Below, one piece after another: positions 52,299 to 64,000 of a DNA stretch of 64,000 bases. The notes below the pieces were generated by a model. The model was given only the letters and a program-made list of their open reading frames with translations. It was not told the origin of the DNA and did no database searches. Position 1 is the first letter of the stretch, and every line of letters begins with the position of its first letter. The stretch lies in assembly GCA_964016885.1 (NCBI GenBank), contig OZ024743.1:75764001-75828000 (forward strand). The letters are read 5' to 3'. A program made the position numbers and the translations under genes. The DNA comes from Eledone cirrhosa. Lineage: Eukaryota.

Positions 52299-52774
52299 CA
52301 GAGATGGGGAACTTGCGGCTTTAAGGCCGCATGTGGTCTTCTATGCCATTCTGTGCGGTCTTTTGAAAGAATAAAAAATCTCCAACAAATTTATAATTTT
52401 ATTAGTATATTTTTCTCTATCTCTTATTATTCTAATTTAAACCATAAGATGAACATATTTTAAATACCAAAGAGTAAAAGAAAACACAACTCAAAATCCA
52501 CACTGACAGCCAGAATTAAAACAGTAGATCATAAGGACCTCCATGTTGCTACCACATATCAAAATACTTTCCTATAATAGTCACAACAAAGTCATTAAAA
52601 GGTGGTTAGTTTTAAAATTCTTTTTCGTCTTTTAGATAATTAGTTCATAGTAATTAGATTTTTTACAAAATAATGTAGATTTTAAGAATATATAATTATG
52701 GTTTCTTGAATGTAGCTTTATTATATTAAGTAACTTAATGTGGCCTTTCAACATGAAAAGGTTCCCCACCTCTG
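52299..52774. mobile_element. hAT (Charlie-like) MITE
   Basis: TIRs cagagatggggaac / gttccccacctctg, with an imperfect 8-bp TSD acctttga / acctagga. Confidence 0.8.
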
Positions 52775-53295
52775 ACCTAGGAGAACATGAAAGATCTGAC
52801 CGCTGGAGTGAGAGGGGATTGTATCTATTTAACCCATAGATGGATGCAAGGTTTATTTGAAGAGAAACTTAAACCAGTTTGTTACCAAACATCAGCACAT
52901 GGTATATACGGTTTTTATAGACCCGCCAGTACAAAACATTGGGTCGATGTTTCCTGGTGAATGAAGAGGAGGTTATAGGTTTGGAAGACAAATTGTAATA
53001 ATTAACTGCAGCATGTTCATTAAACTATGCTTTTACACCAGCATTGTACTTCCCTGGTCATCTACGCCTAAACACTTTCCATTAAAGGTGTAAGATTCTA
53101 AAGTTCACCTGGTGAGATCGAGTTAGGAACAAAGAGATCCTGTGGAGAGCAGGGTCGTGTACACTACAGGAGATCGTCACGGAGCGCCGGTTCCTTTTTT
53201 CGGGTCACATGCTGCGCCTCCCAGAACATCACCCATCCAAAACAGTGATGACATGAACTCCCCCTGAAGGCAAGCGCAAAAGAGGCCGACCGAAG

Positions 53296-53469
53296 ATGAC
53301 CTGCCGGATGCTAATGACCTGCCGGATGTCAATGACCTGCCGGATGTCAATGACCTGCTGGATGCCAATGACCTGCCGGATGTCAATGACCTGCTGGATG
53401 CCAATGACCTGCCGGATGTCAATGACCTGCCGGATGTCAATGACCTGCTGGATGCCAATGACCTGCCGG
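53296..53469. repeat. 18-bp minisatellite atgacctgc(c/t)ggatg(t/c)ca, about 9.5 copies
   Basis: Direct inspection. Confidence 0.93.
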
Positions 53470-54054
53470 CGACCGACAGTCTTTGAGACGATTGGTTGAT
53501 TTATGATCCCGTTGGAACAAGCTAGAACAAGAGCTAAGAACTAAAATAAGACCACATCGTTGGTAAAACAACAGCGTGTAATATAATCCTGAGTATAAAG
53601 CTTTATAAAGAAGAGGAACGAAATACTGCTTCATAATCAAATATCCGAAAAACCAGAAACTGAGGAATGATTTAAATGTCTTTTGCTAATCTAGATCAAA
53701 GACTGCAATCAAAGGTGACATATTTCCTTAAGTAAAATTGCTATCAAAACGAGGTTTGACTATCCGTTTATTTACAGTAATCCTAAGAGAAACGCAAGGA
53801 AGAACAAAACTGGGGAAATCTAAGGAAAAGTATTCAAGAAATTCTGGATGGTTTGAAAGCCTTAGAAAATGATTTGGTTGCAACAGTTAGATATCTTACC
53901 GAATTGAAATAAATACTGAAGATAATGATTATGTTAAGGATAAAATTAAAAATATTGAAGAAGTGGGATTGTTTTGGAAACGAACACTTAATAAACTTCT
54001 TCGGTAAAGAAAGAAAACTCGCTGCCTCTGGTCAAAGTCCCTTAATGATCGTCA

Positions 54055-54263
54055 AACATTCTTTCCTGAGACATTCTAACCACATGCCAATTGTATCAGA
54101 GCTGTGATCTCTCAATTCGGAGAAGTAGCAGCTCTACCTGAAGTGACTCTCTGATCTCCGAGCTACAAATCAATCCAGAGATTTTTCCTGAGACATTCTA
54201 ACCACATACCCATAGTATCGGAACTGTGTTCTCTCAATTCGGAGAAGTAGCAGCTCTACTTGG
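54055..54263 (-). mobile_element. Tandemly duplicated RTE-like LINE fragment
   Basis: tttcctgagacattctaaccacat...ctcaattcggagaagtagcagctctac occurs twice. Confidence 0.8.
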
Positions 54264-55153
54264 ATCATTTGGTGACATGTTAAAATGTTACGGTATTATT
54301 TTTATACAACTGAAAACGTCATCAATGCTGCAGCCAATGGGCCAAGGAGTAGCAGTACTCAAGGCCTGATATTATGCAAAACGTTTGTTCAGGCTTTTGA
54401 AAAAAAATGCAATGGAAAAATATCAAAGATGCATAGTATGATGTAACATTCTACAATAAAACAGCTAGGAAACATAATTTCTAACTGTGTAAATATTTTC
54501 GATGGATTCATGGCTGAGTTACTGGGGCTGGAACAGGAATTATTAAACCTGGTTTACATCTCGGAAATACCTTCGTCCTTTTGTTCACGGGACGCAGCAA
54601 AAACACCGTTCTAGCCTAGGTGTAGAGCCTGTCACCCTCTCTCCTTGCTCTTTCTTCCTTTGTCTAATAGTCCTTGACTTCCCTCCCCCTTTTCCTCTCA
54701 TTTATGGCATTTATAGTCTTTTCCAATGTAGCTTTCTCTTTCTATATGTTTAACTAGGAATGTCTAATATAGACGACGATAATGTCACAGAATTACTTGA
54801 TTCGCATGATGTACATCGGAATATTGAAGACCTTTTAAATTTAGATTAACAACATGCAACATTTAAGGAAGATGATGGCCAACAGCCAACAGTTAAAGCT
54901 GAAATAAAAAAAAAACGTAGACGAAAGAATTCTCAGTTAAAGACGATAATGGATGCAAACACAAATATAAAGAGAATGATATATGTCAGACGACAATTTT
55001 AAAATGCACTCATCTGCTTAGAGTCAGATGCACAAAGAGAGGGCAAAAAAAAGAAAAATCGGAACAAACATCCTTTTTTATATTATAAACTAAAAAGAAT
55101 TTTACATATGTATGTGTGTGTATCTATATACATACACACATGTACACACACAT

Positions 55154-55210
<57 letters not shown>

Positions 55211-55368
55211 TACAGGCAGGGTATACATATATAGAGAAGAATGAAATGTTCCTAGTTTTGACAAGTAAGACCATTATTCAAATTAGTACTTCCATTGACT
55301 CTTCATAAAGTGTAGTTTGACAAACAAACACCAATTCATTGCTTTGCATAAGCCATGCCTTAGCTACC

Positions 55369-55481
<113 letters not shown>

Positions 55482-55482
55482 T

Positions 55483-55519
<37 letters not shown>

Positions 55520-55521
<2 letters not shown>

Positions 55522-55703
55522 TTGAAATAAAATGAAAACGAAATTTCATTTCTCACTCTTAGTACGGCACTTGACGTGGTTGCCTTAACACCGTACGGCA
55601 TAAAAATTCAGGCTGATCAGTTTGTTTACAAACGAACAAAGCGGCGTTATAATAAGCGTCCGCTAAACTGATACGTGCATATATGTATGTGTACCTGTAT
55701 GTA

Positions 55704-55761
<58 letters not shown>

Positions 55762-55809
55762 TGCTACTGTACGTCTGTATACATATATGTATGTACGTAT
55801 ACACACATA

Positions 55810-55815
<6 letters not shown>
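55520..55815 (+). mobile_element. Diverged relative of the 42242-42520 element, with its tail inverted at the 5' end, in (TA)n
   Basis: gaaatttcatttctcactcttagtacggc is the reverse complement of 42483-42511. The body shares tttgtttaca and ctactgtacgtctgtatacatatatgtatgtacgtatac. Confidence 0.75.
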
Positions 55816-55877
<62 letters not shown>

Positions 55878-55970
55878 TATATATGTAATAATAATAAATT
55901 TGAAGACTAAAATCCAAAGAGGGCTCGATAAGGATAAATATATATCAAATATATAAGAACCGTAGAGCAA

Positions 55971-57259
55971 ATATTTATTAAAATAGCAGATTAAAGTTTA
56001 AGCAAAGAATCGCTGCTTTCACCCTTAACGGGATCTTCTGAAACTAATAAAGTCAATCTGTAAACGCAGAAGTGGATATTTCAAAAAACGTTGCAACCGG
56101 AGGAAGACGGGAAGACGATACTTTGGTTCGTGGAAACGTTCCCTGGCAAAGAACGGGAAAAAACGAATATAATACGTCATTAATAGGAGCGGTGAAAAAC
56201 AATTACGCACAAAGACAGAACCACGTTTATGGTATAAAAGAAGTCGTAGACTAATGTTCTCTTAGGTGGTTCATAGAGACGTTCTCTGGCAATGAACGGA
56301 AAAAACGAAGATAATACGTCATATGTGGAGCGTGGAGAACAATTGCACGCAAAGACAAAACCACGTAAATGGTATAACTGAAGTCGTAGACTAAATTCTA
56401 ACTAGGAAACCGAATGAATCTCCGCTTCAGAGTTAAGAAAAAAGTAAATAAATGCAATACAGGGGTAATAGAAATTAAATAAATGCATACACACATTCAA
56501 ATACGTACATACACAAGCATACACAAAACACTTGCCATAGGTATACAAAACCACGCACATATAAATATGTAGGTACGTGGGTGCGCTTGTTATATACGTA
56601 TTTATTTATTTATATACGTTTATTTAATTATTTATTTATATACACGCACATACACACACACATATTTATATGTGCGTGGTTTTGTATACCTATGGCAAGT
56701 GTTTTGCGTATGCTTGTGTATGTACGTATTTGAATGTGTGTATGCATTTATTTAATTTCTATTACCCCTGTATTGTATTTATTTACTTTTTTCTTAACTC
56801 TGAAGCAGAGATTCATTCGGTTTCCTAGTTAGAATTTAGTCTACGACTTCAGCTATACCATTTACTTGGTTTTGTCTTTGCGTGCAATTGTTCTCCACGC
56901 TCCACATATGACGTATTATCTTCATTTTTTTCGTTCATTGCCAGAGAACGTCTCTATGAACCACCTAAGAGAACATTAGTCTACGACTTCTTTTATACCA
57001 TAAACGTGGTTCTGTCTTTGCGCGTAATTGTTTTTCACCGCTCCTATTAATGACGTATTATATTCGTTTTTTCCCGTTCTTTGCCAGCGAACGTTACCAC
57101 GAACCAAAGTATCGTCTTCCTGTCTTCCTCCGGTTGCAACGTTTTTTGAAATATCCACTTCTGCGTTTACAGATTGACTTTGTTAGTTTCAGAAGATCCC
57201 GTTAAGGGTGAAAGCAGCGATTCTTTGCTTAAACTTTAATCTGTTATTTTAATAAATAT
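55971..57259. repeat. Large inverted repeat: two ~600-bp near-identical arms with an ~89-bp spacer (probable inverted PLE pseudo-LTR pair)
   Basis: Arms 55971-56570 and 56660-57259. The mirror ORFs 56072+ and 57158- differ at only two residues. Confidence 0.95.
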
Positions 57260-57711
57260 ATATATATGTATATATATACATATATGTATATATATATATA
57301 TACTACCATTTATATATATATATAGACTACCATTTGACTGTAAATAACATTATTCTTTGCCTGTTAATAACATTATTCTTTCTTCACCATTTCCTTAACA
57401 TGTTCAACATCACCAACATTTTACACCAATACAAATTCCCCCCTTTGATAATGCATAAAATGCTGAAACCGGTAATAGACAATTATTAAATATATAAATA
57501 AAAAATAAATGCCATTGTTAATAAATAAATAAATTAACTAATACCTTAACACTTCACACAAATTAAAATATTTTGTTTTAAACATTTTCTAACCCAGAAA
57601 AAAGATTAAAAAATAAAAGGGAAAAAAATTTTTTTCTTCCTAATAATCGTCTTTTTCTCCCTATTTTCATATATATATATATTCCAACTCGTGTGCTCCT
57701 TCTCCACATTT

Positions 57712-57770
<59 letters not shown>

Positions 57771-57901
57771 TACGTATATATATATATATATATATACATA
57801 TTAGTGTGTGTGTGTGTAAGTATGCACACGTACACACACATATACACACACATATATAATTATACATATGTAAGTATGGGTTATATCAAATACTATTAAT
57901 T

Positions 57902-58095
57902 GTTTCTACTTTTGGCACAAGGCCAGAAATTACTCAGTGTATTACTGGTACTTTATTTTATCGACCCCGTAAGGATGAAAGGTAAAAGTTAACCTCGGTG
58001 GGATTTGAACACAGAATGGAAAGGGCCGTAACTCTATTCTGAGTTCAAATCCCGCCTTTCATCCTTACGAGGTCGATAAAATAAAGTACCAGTAA
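57902..58095. mobile_element. SINE (-) joined to an inverted SINE fragment (+)
   Basis: gtttctacttttggcacaaggcc...gggatttgaac...ctgagttcaaatcccgcctttcatccttacgaggtcgataaa. Confidence 0.85.
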
Positions 58096-58117
58096 TAATG
58101 TTCGATTCGTTTGTAAA

Positions 58118-58420
58118 GGCACGTGGCTTTGTGGTTAGGGTATTCGGCTCACAATTGTAAGGTCGTGAGTACGATTCCCGGCGGTACGCTGTGTCCTTAA
58201 GCAAGACACATTATTTCACTCAGCTGGCAAAATGGGTTGTACCTGTGATTCTAAGGGCCAGCCTTGTCACATTCTGTGTCACGCTGAATCTCTCCGAGAA
58301 CTACGTTAAGAGAACTCGTGTCCGTGGAATGCTCTCCACTTGCACGTTAATTTTACGAGCAGGCTGTTCCATTGATTGTACCAACTGGAACACTCGTCGT
58401 CGTACCCGACGGAGTGCCTT
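58118..58420 (+). mobile_element. CORE-like tRNA SINE (second family)
   Basis: ggcacgtggctttgtggttagg...gagtacgattcccgg...gtgtccttaagcaagacac. Confidence 0.75.
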
Positions 58421-58608
58421 TAATATATATATATATATATATAGTATTAAGGATACTATTTATGGTTATGTATATACTAAAACTTTTTATAGTTATGTAT
58501 ATTTTAAACCCTAAACAGTGAAAGACAGTCATTTATTACTACCTTATTACCAGTAAGATAAATAGCTCAATGTAATAACATCAGTTGTTCTACAGAGCAG
58601 TTATATAG

Positions 58609-58687
58609 AAATCACATGAATCAAAGTTCTGTTCAAACCATTTATTGTAAGCTAATACATGGCTTGAACAGAACTTTGATTCATGTG

Positions 58688-58691
<4 letters not shown>
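58609..58691. repeat. 33-bp inverted repeat abutting (TA)n
   Basis: aaatcacatgaatcaaagttctgttcaaaccat / atggcttgaacagaactttgattcatgtgattt. Confidence 0.9.
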
Positions 58692-58749
<58 letters not shown>

Positions 58750-58754
<5 letters not shown>

Positions 58755-58929
58755 AACCAGTAAGACCCCGACGGCTGAGCTCAAGCCGTTTCGACGGCTA
58801 ATTAGCCGTCGAAACGGCTTGAGCTCAGCCGTCGGGGTCTTACTGGTTCCTATTACCCACTCTACTACCCTAAGTATTGAGTACTTTGGTGCGTTATGGT
58901 CCACCTGGTTCCTTACCACATTTCCTTCG

Positions 58930-58931
<2 letters not shown>
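58750..58931 (+). mobile_element. PLE-type terminus with a perfect spacerless 104-bp palindrome (58750-58853) centred on hammerhead stem II
   Basis: GACGGCTA-AT-TAGCCGTC-GAAACGGCT-TGAGCTC-AGCCGTC. (TA)n lies on both sides. Confidence 0.85.
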
Positions 58932-58985
<54 letters not shown>

Positions 58986-59028
58986 CGTTTCTATATGTGA
59001 TTTCTTTCTATATATATATATATATATA

Positions 59029-59287
59029 TTTCGTCTGAATTTGTTTAGCAAGATTCTTTATCTGAAAACGTGTGTTGAAACCGATGTTGTTATACTTTGG
59101 GAGGGTCATGTTGCCAATAAGAAACACACGCACCAATTTAGACGGCTATTTTAGTCCAGAAATCGCCGTCGAAACGGCTTGAGCTCAGCCGTCGGGGCCA
59201 TACTTTCTCCTATTACCCACTCTACCACCCTATATTGAGTACTCTGGTGCGTTATGGTTCACCTGGTTCCTTACCACAACTCCTCCG

Positions 59288-59289
<2 letters not shown>
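59029..59289. mobile_element. Chimeric head-to-head fusion of two (TA)n-associated termini
   Basis: 59029-59135 is the reverse of the 42.76-42.86 kb family. 59141-59289 is a second copy of the 58.8 kb family with its native stem II. Confidence 0.8.
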
Positions 59290-59321
<32 letters not shown>

Positions 59322-59451
59322 TTATATATGGGGTGTGTGTATATGTGTCTCTGTGTATGTGTGCGTATGCACATCTCTCTCTGACTCTTTATATATGTAC
59401 ATATATAAGAGTCAAAGAGAGATGTGCATACGCACTCATACACACACACAC

Positions 59452-59512
<61 letters not shown>

Positions 59513-59515
59513 TAT

Positions 59516-59558
<43 letters not shown>

Positions 59559-59698
59559 GAGAGAGAGATGTTTATATGTGTATATATTTGTATACACACC
59601 AACAGACATAAACACTCAGTGAAATGCTTTTGAAATGAGAGACGTTTGAAGGAAACCTATGTATGCACGTGTTAGAACAGAAATGATTAAGTGAGATG

Positions 59699-59773
<75 letters not shown>

Positions 59774-59894
59774 TATATATATGTATATATGTGTATATAT
59801 ATACATATATACATATCTCTATATATACATATATATATACATATATATATATTATATATATATATATATTATATATATATATATATATATATGT

Positions 59895-60962
59895 TCATAT
59901 GTGTGCTTGTATATGTGTGTATGTGTGTGTAAGTATGTATGTGTGTAAGTATGTATGTGTATATGTGTGTCTGTATATGTGTATGTATGTGTGTATATGT
60001 GTATGTATGTGTATATATGTATGTGTATATATGTGCATATATGTGCATATATGTGTATGTGTGTGTACGTATGTATGTGTATATGTGTGTCTGTATATGT
60101 GTATGTATGTGTGTGTGTGTATGTATATGTGTACTTGTGTGTCGGTGTAAGTGTGTCGATGAAAGTATGTATGTGTGTAAGTATGTATGTGTATATATGT
60201 GTCTGTATATGTGTATGTATGTGTGTATATGTGTATGTATGTGTATATATGTATGTGTATATATGTGCATATATGTGTATGTGTGTGTACGTATGTATGT
60301 GTATATGTGTGTCTGTATATGTGTATGTATGTGTGTGTGTGTATGTATATGTGAATATGTGTGTCGGTGTAAGTGTGTATGTGTGTGTACGTATGTATGT
60401 GTATATGTGTGTCTGTATATGTGTATGTATGTGTGTGTGTATGTATATGTGTATATGTGTGTCGGTGTAAGTGTGTATGGGTGTGTAAGTATGTATGTGT
60501 GTCTGTATATGTGTATGTATGTGTGTGTAAGTATGTATGTGTATATGTGTGTCTGTATATGTGTATGTATGTCTGTATATGTGTATGTATGTGTATATAT
60601 GTGCATATATGTGTGTGTAAGTATGTATGTGCATATGTGTGTCTGTATATGTGTGTATGTGTGTGTAAATATGTATGTGTATATGTGTGTCTGTATATGT
60701 GTATGTATGTGTGTGTAAGTATGTATGTGTATATGTGCGTCTGTATATGTGTATGTATGTGTGTGTATGTGTGTGTGTGTAAGTATGTATGTGTATATGT
60801 GTGTCTGTTTATGTGTATGTATGTGTGTGTGTGTGTATGTATATGTGTATATGTGTCGGTGTAAGTGTGTATGTGTGTGTATGTGTGTGTGCATGTATGT
60901 GTATGTGTATATGTGTGTGAATATGTATGCGTCTGTGCTGTATGGTGCACAATATGTATATA

Positions 60963-61013
<51 letters not shown>

Positions 61014-61364
61014 ATATATATATATACTCTGTAACTACGTTTGTAGGTGTGTATTAAAATGTATGTGCCTGTATAGGCATGGTGCACTATATGTATGTAT
61101 ATATGTGTGTATGTGTGTGTGTGTATGTGTGTGTATATGTGTGTGTATTTGTGTATATACATGTGTATGTATGTGTCTGTAGGTATGGTGCACTATATGT
61201 ATGTATATGTGTATATATGTATGTATATGTGTGTGTATGTGTATATATGTGTGTGTATGTGTCTGTGTAGGTATGCACAATATGTATGTATATATGTGTG
61301 TATGTGTGTGTATGTGTGTGTGTGTATATGTGTGTATGTGTCTGTGTAGGTATGGTGCACTATA

Positions 61365-61398
<34 letters not shown>

Positions 61399-61440
61399 TA
61401 TGTGTGTGTGTATGAGTTTGTGTAGGTATGGTACACTATA
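59895..61440. repeat. (TG/TATG)-derived compound satellite with local higher-order duplications
   Basis: Recurring gtaagtatgtatgtgtatatgtgtgtctgtatat and gtaggtatggtgcactatat motifs. Confidence 0.85.
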
Positions 61441-61481
61441 TGATTGGTTGGCTGTTCAGTTAGGCCAACGACTGTCGTTGC

Positions 61482-62343
61482 AACAACTACAAGATGTCAG
61501 TAACGTCATCTAGATGTTAGTAACCACGTCTAGATGTTAACAACGACGTCTAGATGTCAGTAACGACGTCTAGGTGTTAGCAACGACGTCTAGATATCAG
61601 TAACGACGTCTAGATGTTAGCAACGACGTCTAGATGTCAGTAACGACGTCTAAATCTTAGCAACGACGTCTAGATGTCAGTAACGGCATCTAGATGTTGG
61701 TAACGATGTCTAGATGTTAGTAACGACGTCAAGATGTTAGCGACGACGTGAAGATGTTAGCAACGACGTCTAGTTGTCAGTAACGACATCTAGATGTTGG
61801 CAACGTCTAGATGTTAGTAACGACGTCAAGATGTTAGCAACGACGTCTAGATGTTGACAACAACGTCTAGATGTTAACAACGACATCAAGATGTTAGTAA
61901 CGACGTCTAGATGTCATAACGACGTCTAGATGTTAGCGACGACGTCTAGATGTTGGTAACGACGTCTAAATGTTAGTAACGACGTCAAGATGTTAGCGAC
62001 GACGTCAAGATGTTAGCAACGACGTCTAGTTGTCAGTAACGACATCTAGATGTTGGCAACGTCTAGATGTTAGTAACGACGTCAAGATGTTAGCAACGAC
62101 GTCTAGATGTTGGCAACAACGTCTAGATGTTAGCAACGACATCAAGATGTTAGTAACGACGTCTAGATGTCATAACGACGTCTAGATGTTAGCGACGACG
62201 TCTAGATGTTAGTAACGACGTCTAGATGTTAGTAACGACGTCTAGATGTAGTAACGACGTCTAGATGTTAGCAACGACGTCTAGATGTCAGTAACGACGT
62301 CTAGATGTCAGTAACGACATCTAGATGTCAGTCTAGATGTTAA
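61482..62343. repeat. 20-bp CpG-rich palindromic minisatellite, about 43 copies
   Basis: aacgacgtctagatgt(t/c)ag(t/c), with a 256-bp higher-order duplication (61721 vs 61977). Confidence 0.95.
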
Positions 62344-62420
62344 CTTTTCATATTCCCCAGTCTCCCCATTCCATTTTCAGTTGTTTGACTGGTACAAGGG
62401 AGATAGATAGATAGATAGAT

Positions 62421-62911
62421 ATGTTTCTTTATTAGCCACAGGGGCACAAAAGAAGGGGACAATAAAAACGTGTATAATGTTATCACAAATGGAATTTAAA
62501 AATTAATCGATTTTCCCCAATAGGGGGAGACAGTTTATATGTAACACATACCCCCGAAAAATTGTGCAACCCTCGTCTCCAGGAGTACGAAGAGTTTGTA
62601 CTCCTTTCCTCTCCTCCTCCTTTTCCTCAACCTACAGGCTGATATAGAGAGAAGGCCCATTCACTCGGGCCATTCTCGCCACTTTCACCCACCTTTCATA
62701 AAACTTGCTGGGGTACAGCACCTCTCTCTCCATCCTGATTCTTCTTCCAAAGTGGTATTTGAAAAAAAGAATCAGTTGTTGGCAGGAGAGAAAGGTGTCT
62801 GACCTCAGCCCTTTCAACCTTGTCCACCATACAACCTCTTTCGCCATAGCTATCACACAAAGGAAAACCGCCTCTCCTTCGCTTTTGAAGGAGGGTGGCG
62901 GTTTGATCATG
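62421..62911 (-). mobile_element. 5'-truncated copy of the Tx1-type LINE, again within (GATA)n
   Basis: The ORF IKPPPSFKSEGEAVFLCVIAMAKEVVWWTRLKGLRSDTFLS is nearly identical to 38948-39227. GATA repeats lie on both flanks. Confidence 0.92.
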
Positions 62912-63106
62912 ATAGATAAATAGATAGATAGATAGATAGTAGATAGATAGTAGATAGATAGTTAGCTATAGATAGATAGATAGTAGATAGATAGAGAGAT
63001 AGATAGTAGATAGATAGATAGATAGATAGATAGTAGATAGATAGTAGATAGATAGATAGATAGATAGATAGTAGATAGATAGTAGATAGATAGTAGATAT
63101 ATATAT

Positions 63107-63137
<31 letters not shown>

Positions 63138-63529
63138 TAGATAGATAGTAGATAGATAGATAGACAGATAGATAGATAGAGAGTAGATAGATAGATAGAT
63201 AGTAGATAGATAGTAGATATATAGATAGTAGATAGATAGATAGTAGATATATATATATATAGATAGATAGATAGAGAGAGAGAGTGAGTGAGAGAGAGAG
63301 GTGGGAATGGAAAGAGATAGAAATTGAGAGAGAGGAAGAGAGGTAGAGGAGAGAGAGAGGGGGAGGAAGAGAGAGTGGGAGAGAGAGGAAGTGTGTACGT
63401 ATGTGTGTGTGTGTGCGTGTGTGTGTGTGTTTGTGTAAATGTATGTGTGTGAGTGAGTGTGTGTGTGTGTGTATGTGAGTGTGTATGTGTGTGTATGTGT
63501 GTGTGTGTGCTTGTGTGCGTGCGTGTGCT

Positions 63530-63565
<36 letters not shown>

Positions 63566-63683
63566 TGTGTATGTGGGTGTGTGTGAGTGTGTGTTATATG
63601 TGTGAGAATGGTGGCGAAACTCAATTACAGCAGAGGTCTTTTAAGATCAAACTTAAACAGTTTCTCCATCACATGAAGAAATG

Positions 63684-64000
63684 GTAGTAGTAGTAGTAGT
63701 AACAGTAGTAGTAGTAGTAGTTGTAGTAGTAGTAGTAGTAGTAGCAGTAGTAGTAGCAGTAGTAGTAGTAGTTGTAGTAGTAGTAGTAGCAGCAGTAGTA
63801 GTAGTAGCAGTAGTAGTAGTAGTAGTTGTAGTAGTTGTAGTAGTTGTAGTAGTAGCAGTAGTAGTAGTTGTAGTAGTAGCAGTAGTAGTAGCAGTAATAG
63901 TAGTAGTAGTAGTTGTAGTGGTAGCAGTAGTAGTAGTAGTAGTAGTGGTAGTAGCAGCAGTGGTAGTGGTAGTGGTAGTGGTAGTAGTAGCAGCAGTAGT
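63684..64000. repeat. (TAG)n compound trinucleotide repeat
   Basis: Direct inspection. Confidence 0.92.

Noticed and set aside
56072-57158. Duplicated 60-aa ORF on opposite strands as a small gene pair
   Set aside because: It follows directly from the inverted repeat, starts at GTG, and has no recognisable motifs.

Overview
Eukaryotic, AT-rich, repeat-saturated DNA with no complete host gene. The SINE families, (TA)n/(CA)n/(GATA)n microsatellites and LINE set suggest an octopus or other cephalopod genome (inference). The window holds several satellites, one of which is an amplified SINE head. It also holds about 20 tRNA-derived SINE copies, decayed R4/Dong, RTE, CRE-type and Helitron remnants, DNA-transposon MITEs, a near full-length Tx1/L1-type LINE sitting in (TATC)n, and two 5'-truncated Penelope-like elements (PLEs) with GIY-YIG domains. 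The most striking signal is a recurring non-coding module found in several unrelated sequence families: [type-I hammerhead ribozyme core or remnant]-[short tail]-[(TA)n]. It is often accompanied by a fold-back inverted copy whose turning point lies in the ribozyme. Two hammerheads have complete cores (40821-40887 minus; 42217-42255 plus). Most long ORFs in the track are repeat artefacts. Boundaries of decayed elements are approximate; all structure calls were made by eye.
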